The notes beneath the pieces are model-generated. The model was not told the DNA's origin. It saw only the letters and a program-made list of their open reading frames with translations, and ran no database searches. From positions 1,550,001 through 1,614,000 of the forward strand of contig CP075494.1 of NCBI GenBank assembly GCA_021613535.1: DNA of 64,000 bases, in the 5' to 3' direction. Positions 49,624 to 60,997 of this stretch are shown here, in pieces; within the stretch, counting starts at the first letter, position 1; each line of letters begins with the position of its first letter. The translations under genes and the position numbers were made by a program. Source of the stretch: Adineta vaga (taxonomy: Eukaryota; Animalia; Rotifera).

Positions 49624-50604
49624 ATGTCGGTATCAATCAATTACGATCTTATTCTTACATTAGCATCAATACAAAAGAATTTGTTTCAATATGGTGGTCC
49701 TATCTTAGTAATTCTAGGTACAATAGGTAATCTATTAAGTTGTGCTGTATTCGCTCAAAAAACTCTACGAAAAAATCCATGTTCAATTTATTTTTTGGCA
49801 TTCAATATTGCAAGTATAATAGTTATATATGGAGGATTATTTCCACCTGTACTTGAACTTGGTTTCAATATTGATTATTCCATATTGAATCTTGATTTAT
49901 GTCGATTACGACTCTATGTATCGGTTACATTCAGTTGTTTATGTCCATCGTATTTAATCTTGGCATCGATTGATCGTGTTTTCATTACATCATCAAAAGC
50001 TCATATGAGAAGACATAGTTCTGTTCAGACGACTATTATATTGATCATTATTATTACACTATTCTGGTTTGTATGTTCAATTCCTATTGCTATTTTTTCA
50101 ACTATTTTACCATTAGGATCAGATTCTTATATTTGTTTTACACAAACAAATACGTACACAAATATTTTAAGTTTCGGTGTATTTGCAAAGGAAATTTTAG
50201 TACCTGCATTAATGATTATTTTTGGAATATGGGCAATAAAAAATGTTCATCGTATGAAAAATAATACCGTCGTACCTACAGCTTTCTCAGTACAAACTAA
50301 ACAAATTAGAAATGGTGCACCTTCTGTTCAAGCAAAAGATCGTCAACTTGTTTTGATCTTACTCATCAATATTATTATTTATGTACCTTTCAGTTCTGTT
50401 TTACCAGTTTTACTACTCTATAATCAATTTACACAATATAATTCAAAGAGTATTGAAACTGTGTATACCGAATATTTCGTTTTTCGTGTGGCAACTTATT
50501 GTATTTATGTACCATACTGTTTAACTTCTTATGCACAATTACTTATGTCAAAAACATTCCGAAAAGAATTAAAAAATGTTATTTTACATGGGCGTTTTTT
50601 TTAA
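49624..50604 (+). CDS. Intronless class-A (rhodopsin-like) GPCR, 326 aa
   Basis: Seven hydrophobic segments; LGTIGN (TM1), LRKNPCSIYFLA, C.LR.Y, LASIDR (DRY-like), KDRQL and SKTFRKEL. Confidence 0.9.
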   Translation: MSVSINYDLILTLASIQKNLFQYGGPILVILGTIGNLLSCAVFAQKTLRKNPCSIYFLAFNIASIIVIYGGLFPPVLELGFNIDYSILNLDLCRLRLYVSVTFSCLCPSYLILASIDRVFITSSKAHMRRHSSVQTTIILIIIITLFWFVCSIPIAIFSTILPLGSDSYICFTQTNTYTNILSFGVFAKEILVPALMIIFGIWAIKNVHRMKNNTVVPTAFSVQTKQIRNGAPSVQAKDRQLVLILLINIIIYVPFSSVLPVLLLYNQFTQYNSKSIETVYTEYFVFRVATYCIYVPYCLTSYAQLLMSKTFRKELKNVILHGRFF

Positions 50605-50839
50605 TTTTACCACCCACTTTTAATCCAAAATATCATTATTTTAATAAAAATTTGATGTACACATATATATCAATGTTATCATGTATTTATAGGTTTACTG
50701 TAATAAAGTGATCATTCAATTAGCTAGTATATTTCAAGCTACTTTTATTACGTTGCTGATCGGATAAAATTCTCTTTGCATTTAATTCATCTATTTAAGT
50801 TATTTTTACTTTCATAAAAAAAAAACTATATAAAACAAG

Positions 50840-51290
50840 ATTTAATAGAGATTCTTTAAGTGAATCAGTAAATTGAAATTCCAATAAATAATAATGCATA
50901 AGGAAAACAAAGTACAACTAAAATTATTATAGGTACAACGGTGCGTTGTACCATTCTTAATTCTTTTTATGCACGAAGTAAAGTATTCACGAGTGTAACA
51001 CGTTTACCCATATGACGAACATATCGAACTAATTTCAAATAAACCAACATAATCATTAAAACTGGTATTAAGTAAGCACAATGTACAACATTAAATAATA
51101 GAAAAAGAAAATTTGAAAAGTAATTGCTAAAATATGCAGAGGAATAAACCATGATTGAGTATTCATTGACGATACGCATATATTGAGGTACGAGATGTTT
51201 AACAGATGATAATTATAATTAGATTGAAACGGAAAACAAGAAATTTTTTGGAATCGATTTCCATAAGTAATTCTTATCCTTGACACTTTA
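50840..51290 (-). pseudogene. Degenerate GPCR fragment (TM3-TM7)
   Basis: AYLIPVLMIMLVYLKLVRYVRHMGKRVT..NTLLRA with frameshifts and deletions. Confidence 0.55.
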
Positions 51291-51439
51291 TGACATTTTT
51301 ACTTAAAGTATAAATAAATTATTCTTCGCGATGATGATTTTGTTTCTAACTAAACGTATCATCTTGTCCATATTTTTCATCAGCTAATTGATAAGCTTAC
51401 ATGTATATTTTATACACACTCCCTAAGAAATTGAGTTAC

Positions 51440-51960
51440 ACATAAATATTGATCTTTGGTTCGATTACTTACTTCAAATAATAATTCTAAATTCATCATA
51501 TTATCAATATAAACTAAATATCCTTGTTGACTATCTACTGAACGTAAACAACGAACAATCGAAGAATACTGAGTTGCAAGTGAATGTGCACCAGTTATAA
51601 CAATATCTAAATATTTTTTAATTTTTAATAAACGATATGCATTACTAAAACCGGACATTATATGGACTCGTACTATTTGCAAATGCAGCTGTTGGTGTTG
51701 TTACATTAATTGCATGTTGTAATGCTTGTCGAGTAACATTATAGTACGAGATTCCAAAAGACACCAGAAAAAAATTCAGATGTCCATTGTTCTTCTAATG
51801 GATAATCATAATATGGATTGAATTGTTTTTGTAAATCAATAAATTCATTATGAAGAGAAGAATATTGAACAGATGCATATTGCATTACATCATTAGTGAT
51901 TATACAATTAGAGATCGAGAAGAAGAAGACAATAAAAAATAGAAAAACAAATGTTGTGAG
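51440..51960 (-). pseudogene. GH88 unsaturated-glucuronyl-hydrolase-like pseudogene, 3'-truncated
   Basis: Signal-like TTFVFLFFIVFFFSISNC; QWTSEFF.GVFW (WTSGFFPG); NAYRL; GAHSLATQYSSIVRCLRS; YIDNMMNLELLF. Confidence 0.75.
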
Positions 51961-52367
51961 ATATGTAAAAGGTAAATCTTATATACACATAAAATTCTCT
52001 TATTTATTTTGTATTCTTTAACAAAGATAGAGAACACACATTTTATATAGTTTCACGGGAATTTTCAAAGGGAATTGAATTTATTTCGTTACTATATTGC
52101 AGCATTAATTCCTTTTTATTGTGATCACTGTCCAGTGGCGTAGACTAAAGGGAGACAAATGAGTAATTGTCCATTATAACTTCTTTTTATATCTGTCCCT
52201 CTCGAAAAATGTTTTTTTCAAAAAATTGATCAGCGCAGTATCGCGTTACGTGAACAAGCCGATTTATCAAAATTTCGCTTTTCCAATTTCATCTAGTGAT
52301 ATTCTTTAACTTCGACTTCCATATGATAACATCAGTTTTTATTTTTAATATTAATTTAAAAAAGAGA

Positions 52368-53238
52368 TTAAACACAGAAAACTATAAATATTAAAAAGTA
52401 TGATGTTTTTTTTCTAATGATTTGCTGTGACACTTCTACATCTAGGTAGTTGAGCTGGAATAATTTGATTTGGTTTTGCCAAAATAATATTCGGTCTCTT
52501 AATGCTCGACGAAAGCGACTTGACGAACCCGTAAATATTATTAATACCGTATGGTGTATGTGAAATAACAACAAGGATGATTTGAATTAAAGTCATTTTT
52601 GTTAATTGACGGTCAGCTTGTTGTTCGGTTAGAGCTCTTGTCTGTTGAATATTCCGATATGTTCGATATCCAAATATAATCATTATTAAAACTGGAATAA
52701 TATAAGTAAAAGTAAGCGAATATATCGGAAGATAAGTGGTATAGGCAGTATTGATGTTTACACATGTCTTCGTGATTGGTGAAATATCCAGATATATAAG
52801 ACTAGGAACACCATGAAGACAACACACAATAGTGATAATGAATACAATTCAATGTGCCCATTTTAGGTTGCTGAAATTGCGAAGACAAGCACTTCTTGAT
52901 GTGACGAAAAATTGATCAATTGTGACCAAACAGGAACAGGTGAAAGAAATTAAACTAAGAGCGACAAGAAGATATCCTCGTGTTTTACACCAAACGATTG
53001 ATGTCTGAGTCAGATCAATTCCATAGCCGGTACTAACAATCCGAGATATAACGTTAATTGTGATATAAAGAGTGTTGTCAACAGAATTAATAAGAAAATA
53101 AAATGTACAAGGAGTTGTAAGATAAGTACGAACACTTAAGAACACTAAAGTATTCATACCATTACCAATTATTCCTAACACAAGAAGAAACAAACCAACA
53201 TAAATTGTAATTTGTTGACTAATATGCAATAATGACAT
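52368..53238 (-). pseudogene. Class-A GPCR pseudogene
   Basis: LGIIGN, TPCTFYF, WCKTR, VTIDQF, KWAH*I (in-frame TGA at 52849-52851), QQADRQL; deletion and frameshift before SSRFRR. Confidence 0.75.
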
Positions 53239-54094
53239 GATAATTGTTTTCACTTAAAATGGTGAAAATACCTCATAAAATAAAACAACTCAGCATATTA
53301 AATAAATTGTCAAACTGACTATAGATTGACAAGAAAATTCTTTAAAATGTTCACTACACAACCTTCTCTCTTTTTTTGCACTTTCTATAAATTACTTTCA
53401 TGTCAATTAATTCAGCCGTGACTTTATTGTGAAGTAAAACTATCTAAATAAATGAATTTATCCATCAAGATGCGAACTAGTAACTTGTGCTATATCTAGT
53501 AAAAGTCGTCGGTAAACAGTAAAAAAAGCAATCGTGCAAGATAATTCATATTTCATTATTATTAACTCTATTTTTACAGAGAACAATTAGTTAATTAAAA
53601 GAATAGAAGAAACATGTTCGTAAATTAGTCGAAATAATTAGTTTATTGATGAAGTAATTATTAAAATTATTTTTATTCTTCATCAAACATTATTATAAGA
53701 ACCTTTCTAATTATTTCATTTACTAATTTTCCATAAGAAAAAAGATTCTTTACACCTGTATGAGGTTTTTGACAATTTCAAATAATATTCAATTGTATTA
53801 GATTTATCTGAATAAAGAAGTTACTCATTTTCTTTGATCTGCTAGTTATCTGAAGATTTCACAATATAGATATATGGACAAGAAAAACAATGATAATAGT
53901 AAATAATAAACTTTCGTTAGTAATTTCTCTTCCTGAAGAATCGGACACTTAACGATCGAAAATTTCGGCATTCTACTGTAGAGTTCAGACGAAATTGTAG
54001 ATGTAATAAGATTGATCATCTCAACAGAGATACAGCAAAGGTAATATTATTACTACTTGGGAAAAAATTCTTAAATACAATTTTCCCTTTGATA

Positions 54095-54160
54095 GGATGT
54101 GAGGATGTGGGTGTTATATTGAACCACTTGCTCACCCAGACCCTCATCCACATCCACCCT
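54095..54160. repeat. Degenerate inverted telomere-like mini-element
   Basis: GGATGTGAGGATGTGGGTG...CACCCAGACCCTCATCCACATCCACCCT. Confidence 0.55.
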
Positions 54161-54281
54161 TATTTGACTTAGACTAAAAAAAATGTTGCTTGTGTAAGTT
54201 TTTTGTAAATTTTGATTAAAATTTGATTCAGTGACAGAAACAACTATGCAAATGGAAAAAAACAGATGTAGTCTTTGGAAA

Positions 54282-54689
54282 TTACAAATATAAACTCATG
54301 TATTGCTTCATAGCTTCAATACACTTGAGATCCTTCTTTTTTTCTTCAGCCTGCCATAATCCATTGATAAATGGAACATCACAGTGTTGTCCCCCGTTAA
54401 TGTTGTTTATCACCTGATCATGCCAAGTTTCATTTTTCCCGACAAACGCATACGTTTCGTCTCCATTGATTGTTACGTTAACATGTACGTTCTTTATCGG
54501 ATCATAGTCCATACGTAACTCAAAATATTTTCCATCTTTGTCCTTGCCTTCGAAACCAACAATAGGATACCCGATGTTGGCAAAGTGCTTAGCGACTTTG
54601 AGGGTAGTTATTAGCTTGAGATTTTTTCCAGTCACTTTCGCCATGGCATCTCTTAGTGGTTCTTCCGTTTTAATTATTTTTTCTGGCAT
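54282..54689 (-). CDS. Intronless 135-aa protein resembling a bacterial polymorphic-toxin C-terminal domain
   Basis: IVGFEG...ELRMDYDPIKNVHVNV..G...YAF fits the R-x-D-[YW]-D-P-x-K-x-x-H-x-N pattern I recall from Rhs/hemagglutinin-type toxin tips. Open ATG-TAA frame. Confidence 0.55.
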   Translation of the reverse strand: MPEKIIKTEEPLRDAMAKVTGKNLKLITTLKVAKHFANIGYPIVGFEGKDKDGKYFELRMDYDPIKNVHVNVTINGDETYAFVGKNETWHDQVINNINGGQHCDVPFINGLWQAEEKKKDLKCIEAMKQYMSLYL

Positions 54690-55699
54690 TCAAACGCGTT
54701 TTGATTTCAAAGTATCTAAATTAAATGAAGTTAGAACTCTCCTAGTGATTGTAACAAACGGTTTTTGTCGTTGATTACTACCCACCCTCAAATTTTTTCA
54801 ATAAATACCGCGGTAATTAACGGTTTATTACTTGCGGTTTTGAACGGTGATTTTGTACCGAAAAAGTCAGACCTTTTAGTAGGTTTTTCTACACCGCCCG
54901 AAACCGCCGTATGTTCAAACCGTGGTTATTAACAGTTTTTGAAAAAAACAAATTTATCATATTGATGGCATATTATTTCTGACATCTGTCTGGTAATTTT
55001 TAACTTTTCTATGTTTGTAACCCTATCCATTATCTTAAGATGATACTTTAACACTTCGATCAATTCATTAAATATCACTATCTATTTTTTATTTATTTTC
55101 TTCTGATTAGATTCGAACTTCTTATCGAGTGATTGCAATCCACTAATTCCATTTCACCGTCCGGTGATGTTCATACTAATATCAGATATGATAGTCTAAT
55201 CTAATCAGTGATAAAAAATCTTCTCATTTAGGCTGATATGTTTAATTTATTAGTAGGTTTATAAGAATCTTTTAATTCCTAATAATTTGCATCTCATTTA
55301 TAATTTTATTAAATTTTCTGAGATATTCATGTTGATGATGTGCTATACGGGATATATATATAAAATCTTATTTATCATTCACAGTCATGATTATTAAATT
55401 ACAAACACAATCTATTCGAATAAAAGCATTTCTGGAGATAAATATACATTCATGAGGATCTTTAGTTGATGAACTGCGTTATCATGCGTTACGACAAAGT
55501 CTAACTATTTGAAATATTATTACAATTCTACCTATATGTAGGTTTGTACGTCAGAACGCATGAGAATACTACTCGGTAGACTTATCTTGATTCCATCAGC
55601 CGATAAAAACAGATTTGTGTCTATTTTTATCTCTGAACTTTTACTATCTCATGAACATATTGTCACAAATGATCATCTCAACGAAATCTGACTATAATA

Positions 55700-55987
55700 A
55701 CCAGACAGACAAAATCGATAAAAAAAACGCGATTCGCGAGAAAAAAACAACGTTCTTATATTGGTTTTTTCCAACAAAACGTATATTTACCGTGTTAAAA
55801 AATACACTTTTATACCCGTATAAACGATGTTTTTTCTTCCCGACAGAAAATAGGCAATAACAACGTTTGTACGCACATAAAAGTGTATTTTTTAACACGG
55901 TAAATATACGTTTTGTTGGAAAAAACCAATATAAGAACTTTTTTTTTCTGACGAATTGTGTTTTTTTATCGATTTTGTCTGCCTGAG
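55700..55987. mobile_element. Palindromic MITE (~130-bp arms) flanked by TA
   Basis: CAGACAGACAAAATCGATAAAAA...AAACG and CGTTT...TTTTTATCGATTTTGTCTGCCTG. ORFs on both strands mirror each other. Confidence 0.8.
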
Positions 55988-55996
55988 TATCTTTAA

Positions 55997-56239
55997 CCAT
56001 TTGAAGGCCGTATTATTTTCTTCTAAAAACCATAACGCATCAAACATAACAAAGTAAAATTAGTTAACTACCTCTAAGTACGCATATTTTGTATAGAGCG
56101 CAGTCCAATAGCATATGTTTGTTGCATTGTATATGACTTTATACATACGGACGGGTATTCACTATTGAATTCATTTCTATTTACTTATTTTTGAAGAAAT
56201 CAATCTAAACGCACATATGCGTCTCCGGTCCTCAAAGAG
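55997..56239. mobile_element. Possible non-autonomous piggyBac-type MITE
   Basis: TTAA-CCATTTGAAGGCC ... GGTCCTCAAAGAG-TTAA (degenerate TIRs, TTAA on both sides). Confidence 0.45.
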
Positions 56240-57293
56240 TTAAGATGTATTCATGTCTATTTTCACTCAATATAATATTAGATTAATCTATAACGTCTAT
56301 TTGAATTTATTTTAATAATTTCTTCACAATTTGACCTTCAGAACAAGTCTTTTTATCTCATCTCCTTTCATTTGTCAATGGAATAAAAACTGAATCTAAC
56401 TTCAATCAGAAATATCTTTTTTTAAATTTAACTGTGATTATATGAATGGAAATTGTTGTGATATATCATTATGACAAAAATCACATAAAAAATATGACCA
56501 TATTACTAACACGATATCATTTAGAACAATGATATCTTCGTACATAATGAGGAGATCGCGGTTTGTAATAGAAAGTTCGCAAAATATAATATCGTAATGT
56601 ATGGTGATTCTCGAATACCGCAACTACCTATGTGACTAATTGTTATATATTAATTTCGTTGTTCTTTAATAAGATAAAAGAATTGTTCTGTTACACATAT
56701 TAATTTGTTTTGACTTTAGAAATATATGAATGAATGTATAATAATGCAAAAGATAAAAGTAGAATATACATCAATTTTATAAAGCATAATGCGTGATGAG
56801 TATTTGCTTATTGGTTGGTTTAAATAAAAACTTCTAAATCTTGGACTTAATACAAGCCTATGGGCTTCTAATACATATCTCATATTGTTCCTCCCAGAAG
56901 TCGGCTCTGGTGGGATTGTCCTGACCCCTATTTTTATCCCGAATCCCGGTCCCGATCTCGCAAGACCTTACGCAGATGGGGCTTCTATTATCAGAAGGGA
57001 TTTATTAAAAAAGAAGCCGTTTGATGATCAACGATATTTTGTGCTTTTTAACATTGAAACGAAACGAATCTCTCACACTGTTCGTTTCAAGTATTACTCA
57101 AACAATAAAAAGCCACTAAGCAGTCGATCAACTCTTCTCTTCATACAAAAGATGAAAGTATCTTTGCAAACAAAAAGTGGGACAAAAGGAGAATGTGATT
57201 GTAATTCTCTCCCTACAAGAAAGCAGTCAGTCACTTTTCGATTTTTTATTTGACGATTAACGCCTTCTTCTGCAGCAGGAACGGATAAAGGTA

Positions 57294-58470
57294 AGGGTGA
57301 TTCCGTGGGAAACGTCCCACTTTGTACATGACTTTCTCAGAATTTGCTCAAACTTTCGGGGTATGTAGAGCTCGGCGAGCTGATCATTTTGGTTCAAAAA
57401 TATCCTAGATTGGCATCTAGTTTGACATAGAACGATCCATAATAAAATCAGGTGAAAGTATGCGAAATTGTGCATTCACGAACAGTATTTTGCCTATTTT
57501 ATCCACATTGAAAATTGAAAGCCTAACTTTTTGTACATATTCTGATAGCTCGTCTTTCGCTCTATCGACCTATGTAGAAATCAAATAACATGGCTTAGTG
57601 AGGTGAGTCTAGTGCAGTGCATACTTATGTGAACTCGGTTGAATAGAGGTATCGTAGGTTTTGTAGAGTGTCACTTCCTGTATCACTTGGTGTATAAGGT
57701 TCATGACCCGGTTTGATTTTTATCCATTAGATGGCTCAAAAGATTTATATACTCCTGTAATTGAGCAAATTTCGGTGTTTATTCGATAATTTTTGAGAAA
57801 ACATCGATCAAATTACCTCAAAATCTCGAGACAAATAGTTTACAATTAGTGGAGAAATAAGGACTAAGATTTTAGGCAACAGTCATAGTTTCTTTCATAT
57901 GCGTTTCAGAGATGATGAAAATGAACAATTTGTATCTTATAAATTGGCGATTGGAGGCGAATTTATTCACCAACCGAGCAAAGATTTATCGAAATTTGCT
58001 CAACTACAGGAGTAAATAAATCTTTTGAGCCATCTAATGGATAAAAATCAAACCGGGTCATGAACCTTATACACCAAGTGATACAGGAAGTGACACTCTA
58101 CAAAACCTACGATACCTCTATTCAACCGAGTTCACATAAGTATGCACTGCACTAGACTCACCTCACTAAGCCATGTTATTTGATTTCTACATAGGTCGAT
58201 AGAGCGAAAGACGAGCTATCAGAATATGTATAACAAGTTAGGCTTTCAATTTTCAATGTGGATAAAATAGGCAAAATACTGTTCGTGGATGCACAATTTC
58301 GCATACTTTCACCTGATTTTATTATGGGTCGTTCTATGTCAAACTAGATGCCAATCTAGGATATTTTTGAACCAAAATGATCAGCTCGCCGAGCTCTACA
58401 TACCCTGAAAGTTTGAGCAAATTCTGAGAAAGCGATGTACAAAGTGGGACGTTTCCTACGGAATCACCCT
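57294..58470. mobile_element. Foldback non-autonomous DNA element with ~480-bp near-identical TIRs
   Basis: AGGGTGATTCCGT(G/A)GGAAACGTCCCACTTTGTACAT... arm 57294-57773 is inverted at ~57990-58470, with a ~215-bp spacer. CAGGGTG-type tip as in Tc1/mariner-superfamily derivatives. Confidence 0.9.
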
Positions 58471-59386
58471 GAGTGTTTAAAACACGAGAGATGTTATATC
58501 TTTGATTGCTAGAAGTATTTTTGACGCTACATGTTTTTGATCACGCGATCTACATTGGCTTATTATATTAAAAAGCATGTTAGCGCGCAGCCTCTATGCA
58601 GTTGGAAGGCGGCACTCATCTTTCCACTTCGATTCAGACATGAGAGCAGAAGAACAAAGTAGGGCGAAAAAAGTGTCTTGTGCTACGAGCGAAACAACGA
58701 TTTGTAACGAGAAAATTTGTAAATAAATTTTAAAATGTTTTGCTATACGGAAAACGAACAGTTACATGTGTGTAGTAGATTCAATCTACTAGATTGAAAG
58801 ATCTCAATTTTCCACCGGGCCTGCTGATTTCTGTGAAACCGTTTTCTTGTTTACTATCGTACGCTATTCTTCATTGTGGTTCACTTGGAAAACATAAATG
58901 CTATCATTTATAATACTTTATTGATTCTGATTTTAGAATAATTCCACGTCCTGTTACTTCATTTATTGCTGCCACACAATCTTTCTGAAGATGAACCATG
59001 TTGAAACGAAATTAAAGCGGTAATAATTAAATTGTATTAAGTTGTTAACAAAGCTTTTGCGTTTTTTTAAAAATTTTTCTAAAACATTCGAGAAGGTTCG
59101 ATAAGTTTTCATACTAATGGTATATATATATATGGGATGTAAATATCTTTCGAATGATAATATAACCATCGATATGGACGTTGATCAGGAACTGAAAATG
59201 AATCTTTCTCGTAGAGAGATTCGAGTGCTTTTACTTCATGAATTCTGTCTTGCTCACAAAGCAACGGAAGCAGCCAACAACATATACAGCACGATGGGGA
59301 GGATGTACTCCCTACTCGTACGGCACAAAATTGATTGAATCGCTCTAAGAACGGTAACTTAGAACTCGACGATTTAGGCAAAACAT

Positions 59387-59448
59387 CAGTGATTGGACGA
59401 GTACAAGTACTAAGAGTACCCAGTCCTCTACTAAGTATCCAACCACTG
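59387..59448. mobile_element. 62-bp hAT-type micro-MITE inside the mariner
   Basis: CAGTGATTGGA...TCCAACCACTG with perfect 8-bp TSD CAAAACAT at 59379-59386 and 59449-59456. Confidence 0.85.
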
Positions 59449-59794
59449 CAAAACATGAAAATATGGAGTTTGGATACCCCACGAGTTATCACAACATTAG
59501 CCACAACATCGGGTTGATGCTTGCATGGATTACCGTTCCTCATCCACATTATTCTCCTGACTTAGCACCAACGGAATACCCTCTGTTTCGTTCTCTTTCT
59601 CGTCATCTGCGTGAGAAAAGGTTCGACGGCGACAATGACGTGAAAACGGATATCGTAAACTTCTTCGGTCAAAAGTCCAAAGACTTCTACGAACGCGGGA
59701 TCCTATCTCTGCCACAGCGTTGGCGACAAGTCATAGATAGTAGTGGTGCATATATAACTGAAAGCTAATTGTATAGTTGAAGTTAAGAAACAAG

Positions 59795-60154
59795 GAGTTC
59801 ATGGGGAATTTGATTTTGTGCCAAATTCAGAATTGTTCATATATTCTTGGCAAATTCATATATGACAATAAATTCATTGAGAAATACGCCCAAATAGTCA
59901 AACGTCAATAAAACAACACAGTAAATGAGAAACGTTGAAAATGTACATATCTATATACTATTAGAATTTGTTACAGTACTATAGAGGTATAAGAATATAT
60001 TGTAGAGGCATAGAGTTATGGGATTTTGTCAGTGAAGTAAGTAAAAGATGTCTATTTAACGAGTTAAAAAAATCGTATACCGCTGTACTACTATACCCCT
60101 ATAGTAAATTCTTATACCACTATATTGCTATAAAATCACATTCCCCATTATAAG
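59795..60154. mobile_element. Second copy of the GAGTTCATGGGG-terminus element
   Basis: Left GAGTTCATGGGGAATTTGATTTTGTGCCAAATTC; right AAAATCACATTCCCCATTATAAG; TSD GAAACAAG / GAAACAAA. Confidence 0.7.
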
Positions 60155-60997
60155 GAAACAAATAACGCTCGTTGTGCCGACTCACCTCACTTGATAATTC
60201 ACTGTTGATATGACATTTAAAGACCTAGTGAAAAAACTGTCTCGATGACTCCTAAATACACTCCCGATGAGGGTCTTTTGACTTTCTATCATTTTGAAAA
60301 AAATGTCTTTTTGACCTTTGACCCTGCCACAAACATACATATATACATACAAACTATGTTTTTTTCATAACACCCTTCCTACAGCCGAGAAATAAAAATA
60401 AAATTTTGGAAAAAAACGCAAAAACTTTGTTAACAACCTAATATTATGAAATTACAACAAAATCTGCATAACATATACTACGTAGTTAGACTTTCTTCGT
60501 CACATAATAGATAATGTGTTGAAAGACTTACACAAAGTTTTGTTGTTTTTCTCTTAGGAGCAACAGCAGCTGCTTTCGTACTAATGATAACGGTGTTTAC
60601 AATGAGAAAGGTATTGAAGAATCAGGTCATCGTTCCACTGCCATCCATGTTCAACGTGCAGAAACCGTCCGGTACGATGCAAAAGTATTAGCGTCGATCG
60701 TGTGTGCTTGCAGAAATGAACACTAGAGAGTTTATGAGCCTATCGATGCTTCATATCGAGCAACTCGTATGCTTACCTATCTAATTCCTACCAGTACACA
60801 CTGAGAGAGGAACCATGTATCCCATTGTTGTTTTGAGCCACAACTTTGAGTTCTTTCTGTTGACCATTGTTTAGACAGCCCCTACCCCTCTCAGCCAACA
60901 AAAGCGGTGAATTCAATTAACAAGTTTCAATAAATAAACAAATCGTTTTTGAGCTGATTAACGAAAAATTAATAGATTTCTTGCTTTTTTTTCATAG

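Larger units (their letters stand above)
59037..60441 (+). mobile_element. Internally deleted mariner with TA TSD and nested insertions
   Basis: TIRs ta-TTA(A/G)GTTGTTAACAAAG.TTTTGCGTTTT at 59035 and inverted at 60411-60443. HTH region REIRVLLLHEF...ATEAANNI; WIPHEL (after removing the insert); PHPHYSPDLAPTEY; RWRQVIDSSGAY. Confidence 0.9.

Noticed and set aside
21728-52851. Genome-wide UGA reassignment or selenoproteins, suggested by in-frame TGAs in the GGCT, PAP2-ALO and GPCR genes
   Set aside because: Several intact genes here end in TGA (9862, 26068, 34994). The internal TGAs correspond to different expected residues (Arg, Gly, Trp) rather than Cys, which fits ordinary nonsense mutation.
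55615-56000. Two ORFs sharing FLYWFFPTKRIFTVLKNTLL on opposite strands
   Set aside because: Mirror translations of the two arms of a palindromic MITE.
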